A DNA stretch of 64,000 nucleotides, taken from NCBI GenBank assembly GCA_964632485.1, contig CAZWDO010000011.1:1-64000 (forward strand), read 5' to 3'. Position 1 is the first letter of the stretch, and every line of letters begins with the position of its first letter. The translations under genes and the position numbers were made by a program. Shown here in pieces: positions 9,134 through 16,997 of the stretch. Origin of the DNA: an uncultured bacterium (GTDB taxonomy: Bacteria > JAGOEH01). A model generated the notes under the pieces. The model searched no databases, was not told the DNA's origin, and saw nothing but the letters and a program-made list of their open reading frames with translations.

Positions 9134-10243
9134 ATGAGCAAAAAAAAATTTCATTCGGACAATGTCTCGATTGTTCAAATCAACGGCCAGGATTGGTATC
9201 GGTTCGACCGGTACATCAATGGTGTTCGCATTCAGAAGCGGATCGGTCAGGTCGGCAAAATCACGGAGAAGGTCGCCAAAGAAACGGGAGAGCGTTTGTA
9301 TCGGGAATACATGGAGAAACCGGTACAAAAAGGCGCTCCGGCCAAAATAAAAGATTTGCGCTTCAATGAAGCCGTGGATCACTTCTTCGATGTTCTGGAA
9401 AAGCAGCCATACAAGATTACCGAAAAGACTCGCAAAATGGGTACTTATTATGTCCGCGATCATCGCAACAATGCCAAAAATCTGTTAAAACGGTTTGCTA
9501 GAAAATTGATTTGTCAAATCAAAAAGGACGATATTCTTGAATACATGTATCAACGCCTTTTAAATCATGCTCAATCGACCATCAATAAAGAAGTCGTATT
9601 TCTCAAGCTGCTCTGGAAGCTATTGGTTCGGGAAGGCTACCTGCAGGAAAACCTTATGAACCAGATCAAATTATCGAAACCGAGTAACAAGCGTACCGTA
9701 GTTTTCAACGAAGAAGAGTATAATCTTTTGTTGGAAAATTGCACTGGCGATAAATCCCATCTCACACCGATTCTGATCATAGCAGCCTTGACCGGGATGC
9801 GCAAGTCTGAATTGTTGAGTCTTCGATACGATCGGATTGATTTTGATCACAAAGTTGTGCATCTCGCAAAGACAAAGAGCGGTGAGCCTCAGGATGTCCA
9901 TTTGTGCGATACCGCGCTTGAGGAATTGGCGCGAATGAAGGCGAAGGCCCGGGATAAAAAAGGCTATGTCTTTCTATACAAAGGAAAGCCGATCAAGGAT
10001 ATCAAGACATCATTCGGTAAGTTGCTCAAAGCATGTGGCCTGGAAGATAAAGGGTATCGTTTCCACGACACCCGCAGCTTTTTCTGCACGGAATTGATCA
10101 AACACGGGGCGAATGTCGAAGCGGTTCGCAATCTGGCGCGCCATAAAGACGTCAATACAACCCTGCGCTATGTGCGAATGACAAAACCAGAGCTCAATAG
10201 TGCCGTCAATACGATGAACAACATTTTCAAGCCGAATCGATAA
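9134..10243 (+). CDS. int: Tyrosine recombinase / phage integrase (ORF open from 9047; likely start 9134)
   Basis: TGMRKSEL (R), KTKSG (K), FHDTR (HxxR), ARHK (H), TLRY (Y); adjacent to a tRNA. Confidence 0.95.
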   Translation: MSKKKFHSDNVSIVQINGQDWYRFDRYINGVRIQKRIGQVGKITEKVAKETGERLYREYMEKPVQKGAPAKIKDLRFNEAVDHFFDVLEKQPYKITEKTRKMGTYYVRDHRNNAKNLLKRFARKLICQIKKDDILEYMYQRLLNHAQSTINKEVVFLKLLWKLLVREGYLQENLMNQIKLSKPSNKRTVVFNEEEYNLLLENCTGDKSHLTPILIIAALTGMRKSELLSLRYDRIDFDHKVVHLAKTKSGEPQDVHLCDTALEELARMKAKARDKKGYVFLYKGKPIKDIKTSFGKLLKACGLEDKGYRFHDTRSFFCTELIKHGANVEAVRNLARHKDVNTTLRYVRMTKPELNSAVNTMNNIFKPNR

Positions 10244-10261
10244 ATAGCGTTGATCTGCAAA

Positions 10262-10290
10262 GTCATAGGAGGAGATTTTCCTCCTATGAC
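10262..10290 (+). terminator. Stem-loop after the integrase (probable terminator)
   Basis: GTCATAGGAGGA/TCCTCCTATGAC perfect 12-bp stem. Confidence 0.65.
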
Positions 10291-10516
10291 ATTATTTCAT
10301 TGAATAGTTGTCTAAAATCAAGCTTTGATCCCCAAAAAATCCCCATTGTATGTGGAGTATGTGGAATAATTGGTTATCGAAAACAAGGATAAACTGATTG
10401 AATGGCATACGGAAAACCCTAAAATTTAGCGTTTTGGTCAATATCGGATAAAACCTGACAAAAAGCCCCGTTTCGATGGGCTTTTAAATGTCTTAAGTCT
10501 ATGTTGTTCAGTTGGA

Positions 10517-10590
10517 TGCCCCTTAAAGGATTCGAACCTTCGGCCTACGGATTAGGAATCCGTTGCTCTATCCATCTGAGCTAAAGGGGC
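10517..10590 (-). tRNA. tRNA-Arg (anticodon CCT)
   Basis: Reverse complement GCCCCTTTAGCTCAGATGGATAGAGCAACGGATTCCTAATCCGT...GGTTCGAATCCTTTAAGGGGCA forms a cloverleaf. Confidence 0.97.
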
Positions 10591-10923
10591 TAAATTCCCG
10601 ATTAAGTCCAAAATTATAATCATACCATTGCTTATAGATACTGGTCTTGTTACACCTTATTGCACTTGAAATTCACCGCAATAGGGATTCGAATGAACTA
10701 CAGGATTTAATTAAATCATTTTTACAAATTTGTCAAGCTTTTTTTTAGTGTATCTGACTAATATATTCAATTCAGCAATCATTGCTGCGTCTGAGACGCA
10801 GCACTAAATACACCTGTTTTTTCATCCATTCTCCAAACTATTTCTAAAACATTTACCCATCAACTTCTACTTAAAATGTTCGTAGACCACCAACTTTGCT
10901 CCTGATATATTCTTGTGGTGATG

Positions 10924-11436
10924 CTAAATTTCCTTACTTTCATTACTCTCCGGATTCTTTCCCTTGCCGAAACTCCCTTTATGATAGTATTGGGGATACA
11001 AATTTTGACAGCATGTGGGGCACAGTCCATGAGTAAATTGCACATCTGTTAAATGCTGTGTGATATATTCCTCAACTTGATGCCAATACCCTTCATCATC
11101 GCGGATTTTTTTACAGTTTGAACAGATTGGCAAAAGTTTACTTAATGTGCTAATCTCTGACATTGCTTTTTCAAGGTCTTTATTTTGTTCATTAATTTTT
11201 TCATAAGCATCAATGAGTTTTTTTTCATAAAGATCACTAATCCTTGTTATCTTTATAGTATCCTTCAATAATTTCTCATATTGAACAATTAAATGCCGAA
11301 AATCAGCTTGGATTTTTTCAATATTGATTTCTGTGTTATTTAACGAGTTTTTTGCGTCATTTAGAATATTGAATTCGGATGAATAAATCAGATGAGTCGA
11401 ATCGCTTAATGTCTTTTTGGTTTTCATATTAATCAC
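10924..11436 (-). CDS. SiaD-like N-terminal coiled-coil fused to a C-terminal CxxC...HxxCxxC putative Zn-binding domain
   Basis: YEKLLKDTIKITRISD helix; LLPICSNCKKIRDDEGYW...FTHGLCPTC; last gene of the sia-like cassette. Confidence 0.7.
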   Translation of the reverse strand: MINMKTKKTLSDSTHLIYSSEFNILNDAKNSLNNTEINIEKIQADFRHLIVQYEKLLKDTIKITRISDLYEKKLIDAYEKINEQNKDLEKAMSEISTLSKLLPICSNCKKIRDDEGYWHQVEEYITQHLTDVQFTHGLCPTCCQNLYPQYYHKGSFGKGKNPESNESKEI

Positions 11437-12373
11437 CTTTTTCTAAAATAATCCGGATGGGCAAACCGATTTCATCACAAATCTCGGCGCCGGTTTCATA
11501 TATGATCTCGTCTCCCTCACGATAATACCAGTTGATGAATACTTCTCCCCCCATTAGATGATATCTTTTTAATATATGAAGCATATCGAGCAAACATTTA
11601 GAAGAACTGGTATTGATGAATGAAAAATGTAAATTAAGCGTAATGGCATTCCGTATTTGATGGATATAATTTTCAATCCATTTCATCAGTGGATTAAAAA
11701 ATTCAAAGGCATTGGGGGGATAAGAGGCTCCAGAAAGTTCTAATATTCCGCTATGAACGTTAAATTTTACTCCTAAAGTGGATTTTTGCGGTGAAATTGT
11801 CAAATCTGTACATACTATTTCTTTTTCAATTTTGACAGCCAATGACAGAAAATCCTGATTTTCATCAACCGATGTCAAATGATAATGGATAGGAAACCCT
11901 GATTTTCGAATGATTTCAATTAAACCGATACCCGCGCCATTACTTTCATTTTCTCTGGGTTCTCTTACTTTATCGCGATATGCTTTTTTTAGCGAGTCTT
12001 TATCCATTTGATTCAAATAATCAATATGTTCAACTAAGGTTTTTGATTTCAGTTTATGGATATAGTTCCCGGAAAGAATATTGTATTGTTGATCCAGTTC
12101 ACTCACTATAACGATACCGATTCCAGTGCTTTCTGTACCGAATTCATTTTTAATACGCTCAGCAGAGTGGTGATAGATATTTTGGACTAATTCGATAAAA
12201 ATTCCAAAAATTTTGCGCGCAATCATTACATTCGGCTCACTCTCGGAAATCTGATTATATATCATTTCCGCCATAGACTCCAGTATGGGATGAGAAATAA
12301 TCCCTTTGAAAGCCAAAACGATCTGTTTATCTGCCATGCGATTATATTGATCAAAAAGTTCATTCATTTTCAT
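11429..12373 (-). CDS. siaB: SiaB-family protein kinase (DUF6272) fused to a SiaC-family (DUF1987) domain
   Basis: IFIELVQNIYHHS and GAGIGLIEIIRKS (GHKL-like SiaB); C-terminal SGASYPPNAFEFF...FINTSSSK...INWYY (SiaC). Confidence 0.85.
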   Translation of the reverse strand: MKMNELFDQYNRMADKQIVLAFKGIISHPILESMAEMIYNQISESEPNVMIARKIFGIFIELVQNIYHHSAERIKNEFGTESTGIGIVIVSELDQQYNILSGNYIHKLKSKTLVEHIDYLNQMDKDSLKKAYRDKVREPRENESNGAGIGLIEIIRKSGFPIHYHLTSVDENQDFLSLAVKIEKEIVCTDLTISPQKSTLGVKFNVHSGILELSGASYPPNAFEFFNPLMKWIENYIHQIRNAITLNLHFSFINTSSSKCLLDMLHILKRYHLMGGEVFINWYYREGDEIIYETGAEICDEIGLPIRIILEKGD

Positions 12374-12404
12374 ATTATTGTCCTTTTCTTTTCAACCTGA
12401 AATA

Positions 12405-12782
12405 TTAATTAACACAAATTAGTTGAAATGAGAAAGTTGTATCTTCGCGGATTTCCTGCCCTGTTTCCAAAATGCTTTCATCATCATAAACATAATACCA
12501 ATTGATCGATACCGGACATCCAGACTGGAAATAATCTTCCAACAACAAAACAAGATCAATCATGCATTTGGTTGAGCTTGTGTTGAGGTAGGAAATACTG
12601 ATATTAAGCTCAATCGGTTTTTTTTTCTCGGTCATGTAACTTTTTAGCCAGCTCATCAGGGGATTAAAAAATTCAAAAGCGTTTTCCGGGTATGAAGAAC
12701 CGGAAAGTTCCAGGATACCAGTATCCCAATCAAAATTGATACCCAATGTCGATTTAGTTTTTTCCAAACTCAGATTATCCAT
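12405..12782 (-). CDS. siaC: SiaC-family regulatory phosphoprotein (DUF1987)
   Basis: LELSGSSYPENAFEFFNP, YLNTSSTK phosphoacceptor motif, INWYY. Confidence 0.9.
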   Translation of the reverse strand: MDNLSLEKTKSTLGINFDWDTGILELSGSSYPENAFEFFNPLMSWLKSYMTEKKKPIELNISISYLNTSSTKCMIDLVLLLEDYFQSGCPVSINWYYVYDDESILETGQEIREDTTFSFQLICVN

Positions 12783-12798
12783 ACCATCCTCCTAAAGT

Positions 12799-15700
12799 TT
12801 ATCGAAGCGCAACGCCGAAAATTGTAATATCATCTCGCTGTTCTTCTTGTTGTTGATGGGCTTTCAAAGCATGCAACAATTCCTTTTTCTGACTTTCCAA
12901 ATCGTATTCGGAAATATTCAATAACATATTTTTAAAACGAGATACGCCGAATTTACAGTCTTTATAATCTTGCTGATCAACAAATCCATCGGAAACCATG
13001 AAAAAAGTTTGAATAATATCCAGAGGTAGAATATGGGTAGTAAACATGCGTTTAGCTTCTTTTTGACGCCCGCCGATCGATTTTTGATCTCCTTTCAACT
13101 CAAACAATTTCTTGTCTGATACATAATACAGGGGACGTTTAGCGCCGGCAAAACTAAGATTTCCAGCTTCTTCATCGATCAAACACAGAGCAACATCCAT
13201 GCCATCCATGGTGTTTGCATCTATTTCATCCTGTTGCAGCACATAGCGTATGTAAGTGTGCATTTCTCCGAGTATCTGCGAAGGCTCCCAAATATTCTTC
13301 TCAACTACAATCTGATTTAATAAGGAATAGCCAATAATCGACATGAATGCGCCTGGAACACCGTGTCCCGTACAATCGACAACAGCTACAATTTTTTTCA
13401 TGTTTTTGCGATAGACCCAGTAAAAATCGCCGGATATGACGTCTTTAGGTAAATACACTATAAAAAAGCTATGCAAGATATCCTGAATATAATCCATAGT
13501 AGGCAGAATGGAGTTCTGAATTCGTTGAGCATAACGAATTCCAGCCATAATATTCTGATTTTTCTTTTCAATAATCCGATTTGCCAGAGAAATATTTTCT
13601 TTTTCCTGGTTCAAGGATGCCAGTGTGAGTTGCAAATCATGAGTTCTAATCTCGATAATCTGTTGCAATTCTAATTGACGATGGCGCATCTGTCTGATTC
13701 TAAATCCATAAAATCCAGACGCTAATATCAATAAAATAGAACCCATCAGCAAATAAAAGGGCCAGGTTTGATAAAATAGAGGTAATACTTTAAAATCCAG
13801 GCGAATACCCTCTGTATCCCAAATTCCGTCATGATTCATGGAAGTAACTTCAAACTGATAGTCTCCGGAAGGAAGATTTGAATAAAAAGCGGTACGTCGT
13901 GATTTAGCATGAACCCAGCGATCATCAAAACCCATAAGGCGGTACTTAAAGTAAATTTGTTCAGGCGTCTGAAAATGGATGGATGAGTAGTGAAATTCAA
14001 TATTTTTCTCATTGACTTTCCACTCGATTTTATTATTAACATCAAATGTCCGGCCATTAATCATGACGCGTTCAATCATGGTTTGAGGCGGTGGAGCGCT
14101 CTCCTTATTCGCTTGAATGGACATAACTCCTTTAAACGTGGGAAAATAAAATATCCCTTGAGAATCAAAGAATGCGGAGGGTTGGAATCCGCCGTTACAT
14201 TCTTCGTCTGACATACCTTCATTCAATCCATAATTCACGGGGTAGATATAATCCGTCTTACTCTGAACCAGATCGATTAAATCCGAACGCTCAATACACA
14301 TAATTCCTCGTTTGGAGCTGATCCAAAAGCGATGATTTTTTTCCAATATCCCCTGGATATAATCGTCAGGCAATCCCTGAGTAGTTGTAATGGTGTAAAA
14401 ATATCCATCCTTATAACAAGAAATTCCTCCTCCATCAGTGCCGATCCAAAGATAGTGATCTGCATCCTCATAGATCGATCTGATCACTCCATGAGCCAGA
14501 CCGTCAGTGGGTGTATAGTTATGATAATCATGATTTTTTAATGCAACCAATCCCCCACCGTTGGTTCCCACCCATAAAGTTCCCTGATGATCTTCCAGTA
14601 TTGCCGTGATGCCATTGTTAGCTTTTCCATCCCGATCGAGAAAACTGATAAAGTGGTTATTTTCATATTTCATCAAACCATCCTGGGTACCCAGCCAAAT
14701 TATATGCCGGCTATCTTCATAAATCACATTGTTGGTTAGACTTATCAATCCATCCCGGTAACCGAATTCCCGTAAATTTTGCTTTTCATAACAAAACAAC
14801 CCATTTCCCGCAGAGCCAATCCACAACCGATTGCGAGAATCTTTTAACACACAACAAACATTAATTTTCGCCGAAATTTTCGAAAAACTGCTTAACTGAT
14901 TCCGACGCAAATATTTTAGCCCTTGTCCGTTAGTCGCTATCCATATTATGCTATCCCCATCCAAAAACATTCCATTAATTATCGTCCCTTCCAATTCCTC
15001 AGAGAGACTTTTAACCTTACGATGGCGAATGCGTTTGAGTCCCCCTCCTTCCGAACCAATCCAAATACTTCCTTCCCGGTCTTCGAACAAAGATAAGATA
15101 CGCTGATTGGCAATGTTTTGTTTCTGTGTAAAATGGAAACTCTGTCCATGATCATATAGTAATAACCCTGAGGATTTGGTTCCGATCCAGTAGCGGCCGG
15201 ATTTATCGATCAACAAGCTGCTGATTGCTGAATGAGCCGAATAAAGCAATGTATAAATCCCATTTTGCAGGCGCCATAGTTCACCAGATTCCGTTCCAAT
15301 AATCCAATTTTCGGGTTTACCGGCGCAAGCGCTGATGGTATTAAATGGAGTTTGATCGCGGGCAAGAGAAATAATTGCTCCCGAACTCTCTATGCAAAAC
15401 AGTTGATGATTGGCATCGATAAAAAGAGGGATTCCAGTTGCCGTCATGGCAACAGCAGAAACCGTTTCGTAAAAATTGTCGTTGGGAAGGGTTACAGGTT
15501 TTAATTGATGGCGCCGATAAAGAGAAAATCCGTTGGACATGCTAATCATAATGCCGGAATCGTTTCGTACTCCCAGCCCTTTAATGAAATCAGAGGATAA
15601 TCCTTGATCGAGATTATAGCGGGTGAATTCTTCACCCTTTTTAATGATCAGCCCTCCCCCGTTCGTTCCAATCGCCAAATCTCCATCAAGATTAGTGATC

Positions 15701-15966
15701 AAGGTAGTTACTTCATTACTGACAAGTTCTTTAATATTGCGGCTATCATATTGATAAAAAGAAAAACCATCAAAACGCAATAACCCGGTAGAAACGCCAA
15801 CCCAAACATAGCCTTCCACGGTTTGAGTAATAGCGTTTATTGTCTTTTGGGGCAACCCATCTTCCCGATTCCAAATATCCAGCATATACTCCGAATTCAA
15901 TATTTGCGATTGATAAGCAGTTGTGAATGAACTTAAAACCAAAATCCAGCTAATAATTTTTAACAT
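12799..15966 (-). CDS. Membrane sensor PP2C/SpoIIE phosphatase (two-component regulator propeller repeats + Y_Y_Y + TM + SpoIIE); SiaA-like
   Basis: Repeated ED..G.LWIGT propeller blades; FKYRLMGFD...YSNLPSGDYQFEV (Y_Y_Y); SGDFYW, DCTGHGVPGA, DGMD, SDGFVDQ, QRDDIT. Confidence 0.92.
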   Translation of the reverse strand: MLKIISWILVLSSFTTAYQSQILNSEYMLDIWNREDGLPQKTINAITQTVEGYVWVGVSTGLLRFDGFSFYQYDSRNIKELVSNEVTTLITNLDGDLAIGTNGGGLIIKKGEEFTRYNLDQGLSSDFIKGLGVRNDSGIMISMSNGFSLYRRHQLKPVTLPNDNFYETVSAVAMTATGIPLFIDANHQLFCIESSGAIISLARDQTPFNTISACAGKPENWIIGTESGELWRLQNGIYTLLYSAHSAISSLLIDKSGRYWIGTKSSGLLLYDHGQSFHFTQKQNIANQRILSLFEDREGSIWIGSEGGGLKRIRHRKVKSLSEELEGTIINGMFLDGDSIIWIATNGQGLKYLRRNQLSSFSKISAKINVCCVLKDSRNRLWIGSAGNGLFCYEKQNLREFGYRDGLISLTNNVIYEDSRHIIWLGTQDGLMKYENNHFISFLDRDGKANNGITAILEDHQGTLWVGTNGGGLVALKNHDYHNYTPTDGLAHGVIRSIYEDADHYLWIGTDGGGISCYKDGYFYTITTTQGLPDDYIQGILEKNHRFWISSKRGIMCIERSDLIDLVQSKTDYIYPVNYGLNEGMSDEECNGGFQPSAFFDSQGIFYFPTFKGVMSIQANKESAPPPQTMIERVMINGRTFDVNNKIEWKVNEKNIEFHYSSIHFQTPEQIYFKYRLMGFDDRWVHAKSRRTAFYSNLPSGDYQFEVTSMNHDGIWDTEGIRLDFKVLPLFYQTWPFYLLMGSILLILASGFYGFRIRQMRHRQLELQQIIEIRTHDLQLTLASLNQEKENISLANRIIEKKNQNIMAGIRYAQRIQNSILPTMDYIQDILHSFFIVYLPKDVISGDFYWVYRKNMKKIVAVVDCTGHGVPGAFMSIIGYSLLNQIVVEKNIWEPSQILGEMHTYIRYVLQQDEIDANTMDGMDVALCLIDEEAGNLSFAGAKRPLYYVSDKKLFELKGDQKSIGGRQKEAKRMFTTHILPLDIIQTFFMVSDGFVDQQDYKDCKFGVSRFKNMLLNISEYDLESQKKELLHALKAHQQQEEQRDDITIFGVALR

Positions 15967-15992
15967 TCAAATAACGATTCCATTCTATAAAT

Positions 15993-16997
15993 CTAAAAGC
16001 GAAAAAGAAATGAAAAACGATGGGTATCACTGAATAGTGAAAAACGGGTGAAACTATAATCAATCTGCAAAAGGTAATCGCCCAGTGGTATATAAATCCC
16101 TGAACCCAGTGATAATCCCTCATCAGAATCGCGGCTATCATCCATTCGATTCTGATGATGATACCCAAATTTATATCCTCCCCGAAGAGATATTTCATCC
16201 CTGAATATGTATTCAAGTCCCCCGTAATATAATTGATGATAATCCTGCGGTTTGATCAAATCAGAATAGAGAATCAAGGAGGAATTCGCATCTTCTGCCA
16301 GCGCTAAGGATACACCCATTGCAAACTGAAGTGGAATAGGCGCATTGATCTGATAAAAACGAATGTCGGATCCCAAATTATTCAGGCGGGCCCCGATCGT
16401 CAAGTGACGCCAATCGACGGGATATAACACACCGAAATCCCAGGCGAATGCAGTAGCAGCCTGCCGGTCAATTGTTTCCCGTAGATATTTCAATGTCGCG
16501 CCAAAAACATAATTGCTTTTAAACTGGTAACTATAGGTTATTTGAAGAGATAAATCAGAAAAACCATAAGTTTCCGTCTGACGTTCATCCATTTGATATA
16601 TTTCAAATCCCGGAGGGGCCACATCCCGATCAGCGGGAATATCTCCGAAACCCAACCAATTAAATCCAATGCCGATTGTACCGGCACGATAATTTTTACT
16701 TACATAAGCCAAGGTTATATGCTGTAAATCCAATAGCCAGTTATTATAGGAAAAAGCGATTTGGGTTTTATGAGAAAGAGAATAGATTCCGGCAGGATTC
16801 CAGAACATATTATTGGGATCGTCTCTTAAAGTCGTCACTGCTGAACCGAGACTGGTTTGGCGAGCGCCTACTCCTATTTTTAAAAAAGCCAATCCCGTCA
16901 TTCCACTTTTGGAAGCATTCGCTTCAAGTCGCATAAAACTGCCTATCAAGAAAATTAATAAAAGTGTTCTCATCAACATTTTACAATCTTTCTTCAT
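15993..16997 (-). CDS. PorV/PorQ (UPF0164)-family outer-membrane beta-barrel
   Basis: FLKIGVGARQTSLG...FWNPAG; C-terminal THRFSFLFRF. Confidence 0.85.
   Translation of the reverse strand: MKKDCKMLMRTLLLIFLIGSFMRLEANASKSGMTGLAFLKIGVGARQTSLGSAVTTLRDDPNNMFWNPAGIYSLSHKTQIAFSYNNWLLDLQHITLAYVSKNYRAGTIGIGFNWLGFGDIPADRDVAPPGFEIYQMDERQTETYGFSDLSLQITYSYQFKSNYVFGATLKYLRETIDRQAATAFAWDFGVLYPVDWRHLTIGARLNNLGSDIRFYQINAPIPLQFAMGVSLALAEDANSSLILYSDLIKPQDYHQLYYGGLEYIFRDEISLRGGYKFGYHHQNRMDDSRDSDEGLSLGSGIYIPLGDYLLQIDYSFTRFSLFSDTHRFSFLFRF

Larger units (their letters stand above)
611..10516. mobile_element. Integrative element (phage satellite/PICI-like) next to the 3' end of tRNA-Arg(CCT); left boundary not seen
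   Basis: Tyrosine integrase pointing toward the tRNA 3' end, two HTH excisionases, a P4/D5-type primase-helicase, Bro-N, and no capsid or tail genes. No second copy of the tRNA 3' end was found in the window. Confidence 0.7.

Noticed and set aside
1-10500. Second att site (duplicate of the tRNA-Arg 3' end)
   Set aside because: No copy found by eye in the window, so the element's left end cannot be called
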